Part shown: positions 11,201 to 23,626 of the stretch, one piece after another
How positions within the stretch are numbered: the first letter of the stretch is position 1
How the letters are laid out: the number at the start of each line of letters is the position of its first letter
From: Pocillopora damicornis
Lineage: Eukaryota
Reading direction: 5' to 3'
NCBI RefSeq assembly: GCF_003704095.1
Contig: NW_020845316.1
Span: 248,001-312,000, forward strand
Length of the DNA stretch: 64,000 bases
Translations under genes and position numbers: made by a program
Notes under the pieces: model-generated
Databases searched by the model: none
Seen by the model: the letters and a program-made list of their open reading frames with translations, nothing else
Told to the model about the DNA's origin: nothing

Positions 11201-13176
11201 CTGCACAAAAAAAAGGAGAGGGCAACAGCATTGACATTAAACTCACAGTTTCTTAATCCGCATCCAAGTTGACAATATTATGACAAAACCCAACAAATTA
11301 ACAGCAATAGAAAAGCTTTCAACGACTAGCAAGGCAAATTTTTCTGCTTTTGTCAGCATCACCCATGGGCATGGTGGTTCACACAAATGTGTTTTCTGGT
11401 TCAAAATGAGTGGATGACTGCAAGGGTACAGAGGCTGAGTTTGATTACTACAGGAAAGAAAAAAGTGACAAGGTTATCTCAGTGATATGAAAATGTGCAC
11501 CTACCTTACCTCAAATCTAAATCTGTTTTTACAAACTTTGTGAATGGTTGATTGATCTAAAATTGAATTGTTTTCCTGTATACTAGCTATGAAATCCTCT
11601 AGCAGAGAAAGCACCCTGATGACAGCTTTCACTTTCCTATGTTGGAGCTTGGTCACAATTCCTTGACCAAGTATCACATGCAGGCTGAGTTTGATGTTTC
11701 ATTCTTGTCACCCTGTCAACTCTTTACACCCTAACATCAGTATGTACATTTTACATTCTTTCTCTAAACATTTCTTAAGGTGCTGACGAGGAAAATTTGT
11801 TTAACAATCAAGAACTTATTGCATTGATGACCATTTTTCATTATTCTCATAACTTTTATGTATGAATTAGAGGTGATAATGTAAGGAGAAATTATATGCT
11901 TTCACACTTAAGGGTCAAAGTTTAAATCCTCCCTCCACAAAAACAAAGTCAGTAATACAGACACTTTCCAAGGAAACAGTGGATTTACTTACCAGTATCT
12001 TGTGGATGTGCTAGTGCTAAATTCAAACTTTTTTAATTTATGACTATCATTTCATAATTCACCTCTTTATTGTATGATGGATATTCATGATCATGGTGTT
12101 CCCCTTTAAGGTAGCCTTGTGAACATATGTTCATTTAGGGGACTACACAGCAATTAACCCAAAAGAAAACCATGAATGTATGAGCTAAGCTACCAGCAAG
12201 CTAGATTAACACTTGGTAAGATTTCTACAAAGCCCCATTCTTCAATGTGTACACAGTTCTTGCATAAAAAAAAATCATAGTAAAAATAATAGGTTGCCTT
12301 AATTGCTTCTTTGTTTTAGGGTAGTATGGAGCTGAGAGGAAATCCTATATAACACTCAGTTAACTTGCTCAGTAGAGCTTTCATCAAATTCCCTATCATC
12401 TTCATTCATCAGTCAGTTGACTGATTTCAAATTATTTGACTTGATTGAAATGAAAAATTTTTTATTTCTAGTTAACCCTTTAACTCCTAGAAGTGATTAA
12501 CATAAAACTTCTCCCTACGGTATATTCTTCAGCAAACAGGTAATGAGAAGATTCAAACTTATCAGGTAGAAGCTGCTATCTTGATCTGGCACCAAGTTCT
12601 CATANNNNNNNNNNNNNNNNNNNTGTAGCAGCTAGAGGGGAGAATTAACAATCAGATCTTGGGAGTTACAGGGTTAAGTTATAAGATTGACTGACTGCAT
12701 CAAAATCCTTAAAGAGTATTTCTTTATATACTAAAAAATCCATCCTATTCTAAAACAAAGCTGTATTCCCAAAGGTATCCTACTGTTTTGTCACTGTCAT
12801 CCTATACTGAATGCATGCATTATGAATAATTGGGCTGCGCGGAAATCTCCATAAATGCTATACCACTCAGAAAATTTGGAGTCAAAAATCAAAATCAAAT
12901 CTCTATCAGTTCCCACATTAGACATAAGACCAGAAAATTATCAGCAAAATCTCACCTGATGTTCGGTGAAGGTGGATCCGTAGGAACTGGGAGTTTGTTT
13001 GCGTAGAATACGGTGGGAAGCAATGAAACGCCCCATATCAAAAGCAAACAAGGGATTACAACCAAAACCACACGAAAACAACTTCTCTCTTTGAGCACAA
13101 GAGGTTTCTGATCACCAGAGGATGAAAGCGATGTATCTGTCATGTCCTGTTCGTGGACATTTACTAGGCTAGACAT
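5254..13176 (-). CDS. Frizzled/Smoothened-like (class F) 7TM receptor without CRD, with an extra N-terminal TM helix; 437 aa (445 aa with the optional microexon)
   Basis: Exons 13176-12956, [12016-11993], 11447-11247, 10847-10792, 8778-8600, 6931-6665, 5976-5751, 5417-5254, all GT-AG and phase-consistent. Class F motifs: CSHPL..CEPPCPW linker, RCFPHIIPLY, FCTAQG..YFCVALALWFVV, HIVYSLICWLLP, QFCFPG, KMDKLVQRL, YFRC..EKC, NKQSRKLWTFWW. Confidence 0.85.
6076..6330. mobile_element. Penelope-like palindromic remnant carrying a minimal hammerhead ribozyme (intronic)
   Basis: About 90-bp inverted arms around paired hammerhead motifs, followed by the CACCGACGCAGCATCACAGTTTCTTTAGAAACTTACCCC tail. Confidence 0.75.
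6174..6209 (+). ncRNA. Minimal type I hammerhead ribozyme motif
   Basis: AGCU (stem I) - CUGACGA - A - GGGC/UAAC/GCUC (stem II) - GAAA - CG - UC - AGCU (stem I). Palindromic ACGU stem III; predicted cleavage after C6205. Confidence 0.65.
10066..10518. mobile_element. tRNA-derived repeat with long inverted arms and an internal tandem duplication
   Basis: A/B-box-like core TAGCTCAGTTGGTAGAGC...GGGTTCAAATCC (10381-10435). Arm 10114-10205 is the reverse complement of 10428-10518. Confidence 0.7.
12472..12677. mobile_element. TTAA-flanked MITE (piggyBac-like ends)
   Basis: TTAA-CCCTTTAACTCC...GGGAGTTACAGGG-TTAA. Homologous to 22640-22838, with more decayed relatives near 4980, 10570, 11720, 29080, 29505 and 58190. 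Confidence 0.7.
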
Positions 13177-13977
13177 TCTGCCTGCACAAAGTCGAAAACA
13201 ATTCCAAAGCGATCTATTCTTGAATGAAATGTAATCTGTCGATAATAAAATAAGATGAAAACTGAAACACCTTATATCTTTTGAATATATTCGATCAAAG
13301 CGAGCTTACAAGGGAGAAGCTTGAGCTTCACAGAGAAGCCAGGTGGACTTTAACTCCTGTAATTTGCATCAATTGAGAAGCACAAAGACCACTTTGTACG
13401 CCTTCTCGATGAGTGTTTTCTTGGTAATGTAACATGATCTACCAGGCCTTTTGACCTTTCCAAATGAAGAATCCCCCAAACATTAATACCACAGAAAATC
13501 TGGCATATCACAGAAAACTTAATTTCAGTTTCACATACCTCTGATTAGTCTTGGTAAAATTTCCGCACAGCCCCATATTTCATTATGCATTCAATTCTTG
13601 AATAGAGAAAACAAGGACTAAANNNNNNNNNNGCCATTGGGAAAACAGATTTGTTTTACACTAGTATGGGGCTGTGCGGAAATTTTACCTTAGTCTCAAG
13701 TACGTCCTAAATCGAAGGATAAACTTAAAGAAGTTACTTAGATTTCTGAGAATTCTGCACCAGTGTGCACCATAACCACTTGGTCAACTTCCGTTGATAA
13801 GCGGGAAACTGGAAAGCAAGAATTGGTGATATTTCGTTCAACATAAATGAAGAGAATTTCAAAAAGTTCTTTGGCGCATTATTTGAACGAAGCGAAGTCA
13901 GAAGCAAACACGCTCCAGGAAACGAAAGATATTACTGAGATTTTGAGTTTTCCAGTGGCACCACAAGTCTCAGAAAT
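13177..13977. promoter_or_regulatory. Divergent (bidirectional) promoter region between the class F receptor gene and MRNIP
   Basis: Head-to-head start codons about 800 bp apart. Confidence 0.55.
13553..13689. mobile_element. Merlin-like MITE
   Basis: Perfect 25-bp TIRs GGTAAAATTTCCGCACAGCCCCATA / TATGGGGCTGTGCGGAAATTTTACC, flanked by a near-identical 8-bp TSD (TTAGTCTT / TTAGTCTC). GGNRM terminus. Confidence 0.65.
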
Positions 13978-16222
13978 ATGGTGCAAGAGTTTATGATACT
14001 GAAGTGTTTTTCCTGTGCAACCTTTCAGGTTCACCAAGTAAGCAGATGTGACTTTTAGAGTCTTAGTTTTTTTCACTCCTTCAGTCCACAAGCTAGTAGT
14101 TACATTAGACTATCTTTTTTTTTTTTTTTTTTTTGGCTGTGATTGTTATTCTGAAGGAAAGCAGAAAAAGTAGACACATTTCTAAATCCAAAGGTTGGGT
14201 AAAACTTTTGCAGTGCATTTGGTTCGACTGTACGAATCTATATTTTACTGAAAATTTGTCAGTAGTACAAGGGAAGACTTAATACCCTAGTCTTCAGTGC
14301 ACCGGAATCCAGCCCTTTTTCGGGGTCATAAGGGGGTGTTCTTGGAGAGAAACTCACAGTAACTCTCAGATTTCCTCTCTTGACACAGCTGTATACAATA
14401 AAAAGGGTTGTGACAAGTTGTCAGGGAGTAGGCTGCAATCAATGAACAAGTATTCAGTGTAGGGGAACTGGGAATACTCCTTGTCACTTCACAATGTTAC
14501 AGTCTAAGCATTTTCAGAGGTCTGGTATGAGTTGTGCAAGTCTTTTTTTTTTGTAACCATCAACAGGTTAAGAAAAGCAACAAGTGGGTTTGCAAAGTAT
14601 GTGGAGAAAAGCAATCAATTAAAAAAGTTTATGCTCAAGGGACTGGTCTTGACTGCCGTAAGCATGTGCAGAAATTAAATTTGAAACAAGGAGAAGCACA
14701 GGAGGCAAGAGATTTGATATCCTGCAATGATGAAAATCCTAGTTCTTGTGACTTCGTTGAAAATACCCCATTGGCTGGCAATGTTAAGATAAACCAAGGT
14801 ACAAATTGCAACAGCCAGGAAGGTTTTTCCAAAGGAGTAAGCAAATGGGAGAAGTTCTTAGAGATCAGTTCTACTGACCATGATGGTAATTAATGGTTTA
14901 TTTGATCATGCAGTCTGATTGTACAGGTGAAGGTAGCCCTGAAATGGATTGTTAAGCCTAAGGCTGTCACTTTCACCCATAAACATTCAATTTCAGGACT
15001 TTCTCTTCATGGATGATCAGACCACAAGAACTACTGTTTTAAGTACTTCTAGGTTTAAACCTTATACTGGAAGATTTATCCATTGAACCTCATTTAAATG
15101 CTTCATTAGTGGTGAGACTTCAACCAAGGTCACCCAAAATTTATTCACTATTCACATGATAGGTTCAAACAACAAATTGAACTTTATGTCATTTTCTGTC
15201 TGGTTGCAGGTATGAAAGTTTGAAAGAGATTTTTTGACATTAAAAAAATCCTTAAAATTTACATTTTGACACATTCTCTAATTGCTTTTTCAGGGGGTGA
15301 TTTGGTCACTGGTAGAAGAACATATAATATAAAAACAAATAAGCCATTAGTTGTAGAATGTATTTGTGTTTTATTTAAATTGTCAAGGAGATGGTGATTA
15401 ATTCAGATATTTAATGTGTGATGCTCCGAGTGGAGACTATAGAAATTGTGAAATCCACGTTGTTGTTGTTATTGTTATTGGTTTGTGGAATGCCAACCAA
15501 TGCTTTGTTGTGCTAAACATACTTTTTTTGAATTTTTTTTTTATACATAAGATTTAGAGGAATTGGACAGTGATGATATAACAACAGAAAGGGATTTGTT
15601 TGATAAAGCATATTCAAGAAGAAAGAGAAAGTCATCATGGCAACATTGCAAATCAGGAACTGGCTTCCATGGAAAAAGATCCAAAATAAGTGCAAATGAA
15701 GATAGTGTCAGTACATGCTCAGGGTTCAAAACCTCTTTTCCAAATACTCCTTTACATAACTTGACATCAAACCAAGTTGATGAATTTCAGTCCTATGGCA
15801 AACAAGCACAAGCCAATGAGGATTTGGAGTCAAATATCAAAAATAACCCATACAAATGTAACATTTATTTTGCAAAGGCTACCAGAAATCCCTCCCCAAC
15901 AATGAAAAGGATGAACTCAAGTGCTTTGGTTGACCAGAAACGGAAAGCAATACATTCATCAACGTGGAATAGGTTCATGTCTAGTTCCTCATCACAAACT
16001 GACATGCATGAAACATGCTCAGAAAATAACTCTCTTTCCTTTGAGCCACACAGAAATAATTGTCAAATTGATAGTGAAAGCTATCATAACCAAGGTAATA
16101 ATTTTATGAAATCTACTGCAGCTATGAATGCAGCAGATAATCAGTCATCGTCTTCTCAGTTTGTTGAAGATTTCTTTAAGGTGGATGATGAATTAGATGA
16201 TAACTGGTGGAACTCACTGTAA
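13978..16222 (+). CDS. MRNIP: MRN complex-interacting protein (C5orf45 homolog), about 349 aa
   Basis: Exons 13978-14037, 14567-14885, 15552-16222. The N-terminal Zn-ribbon [58 protein letters not shown] matches the MRNIP signature; SKWEKFL motif also present. Confidence 0.9.
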
Positions 16223-16904
16223 CTTAAAGGAAGAAATTTAGATGTTTTAACCTTGCTGTGCTACATATTTATTCGTAAGTCTTCAATGTCAGAATGGTAT
16301 ACTTAATGTAATCATTAAATGATTAAGGAAGAAATTCATCTCTCCTATGAGTACATTTCACATAACCTAAATTCAAATGACCCAAATAATCAGTATTAGA
16401 TATAGGAGAAGGATCTAGGGGGGTTCACAAACCCCCTGACCCAGACATTAAAACCTTTTGCAACCACAAGATCACACGTTTCTCCTTGTTATAAAGTATA
16501 CTAAATTTACTTGCCTCCCAATATTGTTTAGCTTGTGTGTGTTTTCTGGATCAAAGTTTGGACCCTCCCCCCATCCTAGATTCCTGCCCCTGCCCCTGCC
16601 CTTAAAATTTGTGCAAGCATAATGGTTTCCCAAACACGAAGATAAGCCTTGTCTCCTTCACAGCAAGTTGTCTGGTCTCGTCACACAACATGCCCGGGAG
16701 AGAGCGTGTTGCGTAACAAGAGTTTTCTCCTATCGCGTAAACTGACTTTCACATTCATATGCAATATTCTCAAATTGTTCAATCCAACAAGGCCAGTCAC
16801 AAATAATTGCTAAGTCATGTTAAGCTGTGAGCCCTGTTTTCTAACGGTATAAGTGGAAACAAAGGAAGAAACAGCTTTCAGAATTAAATGACGTACAAAG
16901 CACA

Positions 16905-16920
16905 TGAATAAAGGGGTATT

Positions 16921-16956
<36 letters not shown>

Positions 16957-17108
16957 CTGATAGCAGGTAATTTAGTGTTAACAACTGNNNNNNNNNNGTA
17001 AATAAGCCACCGTAAAGGGTAAAAAAACTGACGTTTCGAGCGTTAGCTTTTTTACCCTTTACGATGGCTAANNNNNNNNNNCAACCCAGTTGTTAACACT
17101 AAATTACC
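16905..17108. mobile_element. Penelope-like palindromic remnant (reverse orientation) upstream of ATP5PO
   Basis: TCTAAAGAAACTGTGGTGCTGCGTCGGTGGGAG tail plus GGTAATTTAGTGTTAACAAC...GTTGTTAACACTAAATTACC arms. The hammerhead core is truncated. Confidence 0.7.
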
Positions 17109-17222
17109 TACAAAGTACATGATCGTGTACGTCGCCCTCTTTGTATGTAAGTTGGAGTTAACTTTGCGCGAGTTCACTGGGCACTAGAAATTCATCCGGG
17201 AGATTTACTCTAATCAACCAAC

Positions 17223-20200
17223 ATGGCGGCTATGTTGAGAGGCTGTCGCATGTTAGAAAGTGTGCCATTCTTGGTGAGTAAAGTGGACAACGAACCGTCA
17301 AAATTGTTGTTCGTCATATGAATCTCATATTGTTTTCTTTTTTGACAAAATTATTTCGTCCTTGGTCTATGACAGGCTCGAAGTCTGAGTGTCTCGTCTG
17401 CCCGATGTGCTGAGCTAGCCGCTAAGGTAAATTTACTAGCACTACATGTTCATATATGTTTACAAGCTTCTGTTGGTTCTGAATAGTGAATTTCTTGACA
17501 AAAAACTGAGTATTACTAATTTGAAATGAACACAGCCCCCGTAAAACGATGATCTGTTTACATAATTTGTGGTTGAATCGTTATTTACGATAGTATATTA
17601 CGTGCTTCTTTTTACTTGACTTCGTAGATATTCTTAAGATTTAGACTGATTTAGATGACGAAGTATCGTGAAGCTTTTTCATGGTTTGCATTTTGTGTTG
17701 TTTTAAATCTTTGATATAAGACTAAAAGTAATGGGTAAAATTAGTGATGTGCATGGGATTCGTGTTTTCTTAAGATAAACAAATACAGTAATTTGGCTCT
17801 GTGAGAAAGGTCAATTTGTATTACTTTGTGACTGATCAAACTTAAAAATGATAATAGTGCAGGGGGAAAGAAATAACCAGTCATTCAGAAAAGTCATAAC
17901 AGTGTAGCAGTAGATGTTAAATTTACTTGCTTGTTGAAACTCTAGCAATCTGTACTAATGAAAAACTTTATGAGATTTGAAGTGTCACCATTATCACCAA
18001 TGATCATTTGAGACTGAGGTCAAGAGTGACATGATAGCACCCAAACCCTGAAATTGCCAGGCATCCAAACTAATATGTAGAATATTTTGACTTAAAGAAC
18101 TGATTGTGAAATGAGGGACTCAATCTGGATAGGTAATCCTTAATGAATAATATGCCTGAATTTTAACACAATGATGTCTTGGAAATTAACTTGCATCTTT
18201 TCTCTGTTCCCCTCTCAAACCAGTAGAAATGTAGGGTAATGTAAGATTTAGAAATATAATAGTATTGTTGTCCTGTGTAAATTTTGATCATTGTAAAATA
18301 CAATTTGTTTCTCTTACAGCCTCCTATACAAGTGTTTGGTGTAGAAGGCCGCTATGCACATGCTTTGTACTCTGCTGCAGCTAAACAAAAGCATTTGGAG
18401 AAGGTTGAGAGTGAATTACTGAATGTTGATGAGCTTATAAGTACAAATGAAAAACTCTCTGAATATCTTGCAAATCCAACTTTGGACAAGTACAAGAAAC
18501 AATGTAAGGGTTGACATGCTAATCTGTATCAATGGTATCAGTTTATACAGTCCAGTCTTAACTAAAAGTAAACACTATTTGGTCTTGTTAGCAAAGAGTC
18601 ATATCAATTTAAAAAGGGTAGATTTCTTCCTAAAATTTGCTTTTCAACCTATGTGTGATATCAGGGAGTTTAACTCTGAGCTATGAACTGTTTAATGATG
18701 TGACAAGAATACAGGACATTTTGCACAAAAGNNNNNNNNNNCAAGTCTTTTAGCACAAGTTTTGGAACGTTCACACAATTCTTAGTGGTCNNNNNNNNNN
18801 ACAATTATAAGTGAGAAACATCAATATAAAAGGTATACTAATTGATAAGATCCAATGGCGAGAACGTAGACATTTATTTACGTANNNNNNNNNNCTAGAT
18901 CGAAACGCTTGTGAACACGATCTTCCTTTTGAAGAAAGGAACAAATCTTTCTCTCTATGAAAATGTAAAGAACTCCCTATTCNNNNNNNNNNNNNNNNNN
19001 NNNNNNNNNNNNNNNNNNNNNNNNNNNNNNNNNNNNNNNNNNNNNNNNNNNNNNNNNNNNNNNNNNNNNNNNNNNNNNNNNNNNNNNNNNNNNNNNNNNN
19101 NNNNNNNNNNNNNNNNNNNNNNNNNNNNNNNNNNNNNNNNNNNNNNNNNNNNNNNNNNNNNNNNNNNNNNNNNNNNNNNNNNNNNNNNNNNNNNNNNNNN
19201 NNNNNNNNNNNNNNNNNNNNNNNNNNNNNNNNNNNNNNNNNNNNNNNNNNNNNNNNNNNNNNNNNNNNNNNNNNNNNNNNNNNNNNNNNNNNNNNNNNNN
19301 NNNNNNNNNNNNNNNNNNNNNNNNNNNNNNNNNNNNNNNNNNNNNNNNNNNNNNNNNNNNNNNNNNNNNNNNNNNNNNNNNNNNNNNNNNNNNNNNNNNN
19401 NNNNNNNNNNNNNNNNNNNNNNNNNNNNNNNNNNNNNNNNNNNNNNNNNNNNNNNNNNNNNNNNNNNNNNNNNNNNNNNNNNNNNNNNNNNNNNNNNNNN
19501 NNNNNNNNNNNNNNNNNNNNNNNNNNNNNNNNNNNNNNNNNNNNNNNNNNNNNNNNNNNNNNNNNNNNNNNNNNNNNNNNNNNNNNNNNNNNNNNNNNNN
19601 NNNNNNNNNNNNNNNNNNNNNNNNNNNNNNNNNNNNNNNNNNNNNNNNNNNNNNNNNNNNNNNNNNNNNNNNNNNNNNNNNNNNNNNNNNNNNNNNNNNN
19701 NNNNNNNNNNNNNNNNNNNNNNATTTTGAATTCTTGAAACTTTCGTGAAATCATTTGTTTACATCACGGTCGCTATAATGCTTATCGATCGATACTGAAC
19801 TCTCCATCGCTTAGGTAATTCTTATTAGAATAATTTGAAAGGTTACAACTTAATAGATGTATTAAACTTCTTGATNNNNNNNNNNATTACAGATCGAACT
19901 TGTCTTTCTTCAAGATCACTAGTTACTACTTACACTGACACATTCAAGTTGTCAAATCACNNNNNNNNNNCGTGCCGACATTTGATGTGAATCACTCTCT
20001 AAATATCGAGTTATCACTGTTGAACTGTTTTTGCTGTACGTATTACCAGTATGCCTAATTTTCATTATATANNNNNNNNNNNNNNNNNNNNNNNNNNNNN
20101 NNNNNNNNNNNNNNNNNNNNNNNNNNNNNNNNNNNNNNNNNNNNNNNNNNNNNNNNNNNNNNNNNNNNNNNGCAATCAAACAAGGAGGGAAGACTGGTGA

Positions 20201-23200
20201 CAATTACTTTCGAAATCAACATGGTATCCTTAGCGTGGGTCGTCGTGTTTGCATTTTAACTTTATAGTGGATGATACTGTCAAAACTAAAAGGTTTTTTG
20301 TTTGAAAAAGAAAACGTTATGGAAGTAGTCGTTCGAATAGGGAGTTCTTTACATTTTCATGGAGAGAGAGATTTGTACCTTTCCTTTCTTCAAGAAAGAA
20401 TAGTGATCGTGTTCACGAGCATTTTGATCTAGTTGAAGTTATTACATAAATAAATGTCTACGTTCTCGCCGTTGGATCATGTGAAGGTGAAATGTCTTAT
20501 CAGTATCAATCAGTATACCTTTTATATTGATGTTTCTCACTTATGATTATTGTGCGAAATGACCACTAAGAATTGTGCGAATGGTCCTAAACTTGTGCTA
20601 AAAGACTTGTGCGAAAAGTCTTTTGTGCGACATGACCGGTTACCGGTGAAAAGGTCATTTGGCCTCTTTTCATTATTGTTTCCTGTTTTGCAATGTAGTT
20701 AGACAAGTTCATACTGGTACCCACTTTTACACTTGCCTATTTGTTGCTTGACAAAAAGAAAGAACATGTAATCTGAATTCATTATTGTTAAAACCTTGAT
20801 TGGCGAGTTTGACAACCAGTACAATTTTTTTAAGTTTTGATGTTTTAGAATTTTTTTATTAGTTTAAAGAAGCTAAAGAAGATTGTCATTTCTGATATAC
20901 AATGGTTAGTCTTAATTTGATTTTGACTCTGACTTTCTTCCTTTAGCACTTCTTACTGATGTGTTGAAATCACAAAAATATACTGATATTACAGTGAACC
21001 TTTTTGGTGAGTTTTCTTGTTTTTAAATTTCCTATTCCTTCATGTTATCCTCTTAAGTGAAATTGCATTAATTGTTGCTTTTAGATCTCCCATGTTTACT
21101 TCTAGCTTGAGGGTTAGAATACATGTATTATGTTTTTTTCTTTTTAATTTTTTATTTTGCAAAATTACAAGATTACAATACTACATGACTAAAATGCTAG
21201 TATACTACATAACTAAAATGCTACGATACTACAAGAAATTACACAAAAAATTACTTAATTACAATACCAGCATAAAGACCACACCCCAAATAAAAAAAAT
21301 TACAGTATTAATTCCCCTAATTGTACAAAATTACAGCATAGCTGTAAAAATGCTAGTAATATTGAGACATACGTGTAAGCAAGTGTTTGTGAAGCAAGTA
21401 TTTGCATTAGTAAATCCAATAACACTCTTATTTTGGATTTTTTTTTACAGCAATATTGGCAGAAAACAACCGCCTTGGTTTAGTCCATAATGTAGTTTCT
21501 GCATTTGGCAAACTTATGAGTGCAGCCAGAGGTGAAGTGTTGTGTTCCATAACAACTGCCAAGGTTTGTTTTAGTTCTTCAGAAGTATATTTGATTACCT
21601 GCTATATTATTATTACAAAGCAATATTATGACATGTAATCCCCTACAAGTGTATTTGTTTTTAATGCAGAGTTACTACAAAGGGAGTTCCTACTAAGTAC
21701 CAGTATGGTGTTGCTTTGTACTTTTACAGTCTTTCTCTCCATATCCTAAAGCCCATTATCTTTCAATTAGGGAAGTGTGAAACCTTCAACTTTTTTTTTA
21801 CAATTTCAGTGCTTGATTGATATTGTGTACAGAGTTGAGGGAAGATAAACTTGATGATTTATACCAAATGAGTTCCTGCTCCTGATCAGTTTCTCATGTT
21901 CCATTATCATGACAAGATAAATTTGATGTGTAGTTTGTGTGTAAGGTTTTACTCAGAACCCATTCATGGGTCTGATTTATAGTTTATCACTGCAATGGTT
22001 ATTTCATATCTTGAAATTAATTTTTGATTACACACAAATTTACACATGTATTACATCTTTGTAACTATTACATCTGTGGTCAGTTAAGTCTCCCCTGTTT
22101 TTTGTATGAATTGCAGCTATAATGAATATTGGGAAGTGTGTTCAGTATAGTGTTGAGCATTTGTACATGTGAGTGTTACAGAAGTAACACTCATGAAGTT
22201 GAATTTGAGTAATGACTTCATCTTTTCAGTTCCAAGAGCTGTACATTACTTGAATGTACATTTTATTCTAGTGAAGGAATTACGGAATGTCTTTCTTTTT
22301 TTGGTTTTCTTCCAACTTAAATTAATACTGTTTTTTGGATCGCAGCAGTAAAAACATAAATAAGAGTCAAGTTAACTAATTAAGATAAACAAACTAGAAA
22401 CAAAAAATGAAGCCAAAGGAAAAAAATACATTGTCCTTACACTGATAAGGCTCAATATATAATTGTAAAAAATCGACTTTTAATAACAGAATTATACCAA
22501 GCAAGACTTTAAGTAAACTGACTTGAAAAGGGATTATGTTTAAAACAAACTGGCTTTTAATACAAGAGGACTGCGAAATAACTTAGGGTATGATAAACAT
22601 GCAAAAAAGTGTAACTGACGAAGACAAATACTAACAAACTTAACCCTTTAACCCCCAAAAGTGATTATCATGGAACTTCTCCCTATAATATCTGTTCACT
22701 ATTCATCCAATACCCAAACTTATCTGATCGGAGTTGCTATCTTAATCTAACACCAAATTCTTGTAACTTATTTACAAAGAAATGTGTAGCAGCTAAAGGG
22801 GAGAACTAACAATTGGATCTTGGGAGTTAAAGGGTTAACAGAAACACTAACAAGGAGGTATGAAAAGAAAAGAATGTAATAAATAAATACAAATTACATG
22901 AAAAATAACTATCAAGCACTTAGATCTTACAAGTAATGTGTACATGTGATTACTGCTTTGCTTTCTCAGGAATTGGATTCTTCTCAATTGAAAGAGTTGC
23001 AAGCAGCATTGAAAGGTTTTGTACAAAAGAATGAAACTCTTAAGATTGAAACTAAGGTGAGTAAACCACCACTGGCTTTCTTTTCATCCTAGTTGAGTGG
23101 TCTTTTATACTACATTTCTAGTGCGCACTTGCTGTAATCTCTCCATTTAGCACTTTTTTGGCTTACTTTCCTCCAGACACTCTTAAGAGTTACTTGAGCT

Positions 23201-23626
23201 TGTAAGAGAGAGAGAGGGTTGGGGGGNNNNNNNNNNAAGCTTGAGAGGATATATAAAGTTAGTCAATATTGTTTTTTGAGGTAGCATTATAACCAACAAC
23301 ATTTAATATTTGCCCTTCTGGGTCACTACAAACATAACCTAATTTGAAGTGGACTTTTTGACCAAAGAGATGTCTTCAGGCATCCTGTTTTTCATTTAAG
23401 AGCATGACTTTAAGCTTATGGACTCAGGCTAAAATTGCCACATGGATAAGATCACTGTAACATTTAGAGCTTGCTCAGGGGTCTGCTAATGTTAACTTGT
23501 TACCTCCTATAGATCGACCCTTCAGTGATTGGAGGAATGGTTGTGGAAATCGGTGACAAACGCATAGACATGTCCATGGCCACAAAGATAAAGAACATCA
23601 CAAATTCACTGCGAGAAAGTGTCTAA
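17223..23626 (+). CDS. ATP5PO: Mitochondrial ATP synthase subunit O (OSCP), 219 aa
   Basis: Exons 17223-17273, 17376-17426, 18320-18503, 20947-21006, 21451-21563, 22970-23056, 23513-23626. Motifs PPIQVFGVEGRYAHALYSAA, LAENNRL, RGEVLCSITTA, IDPSVIGGMVVEIGDKRIDMS. Arg/Ser-rich transit peptide; AATAAA at 23668. Confidence 0.97.
18705..20645. mobile_element. Foldback / non-autonomous DNA transposon with long TIRs in ATP5PO intron 3
   Basis: About 18710-18982 is the reverse complement of about 20335-20640, with TGTGCGAA subterminal repeats. The interior is largely gap. Confidence 0.7.
22640..22838. mobile_element. TTAA-flanked MITE (piggyBac-like ends) in ATP5PO intron 5
   Basis: TTAA-CCCTTTAACCCCC...GGGAGTTAAAGGG-TTAA. 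Confidence 0.7.

Noticed and set aside
18771-20267. Long ORFs in the ORF track
   Set aside because: They consist almost entirely of N-gap translation inside an intronic transposon.
21017-21490. 157-aa ORF
   Set aside because: Low-complexity intron 4 of ATP5PO running off-frame into exon 5.
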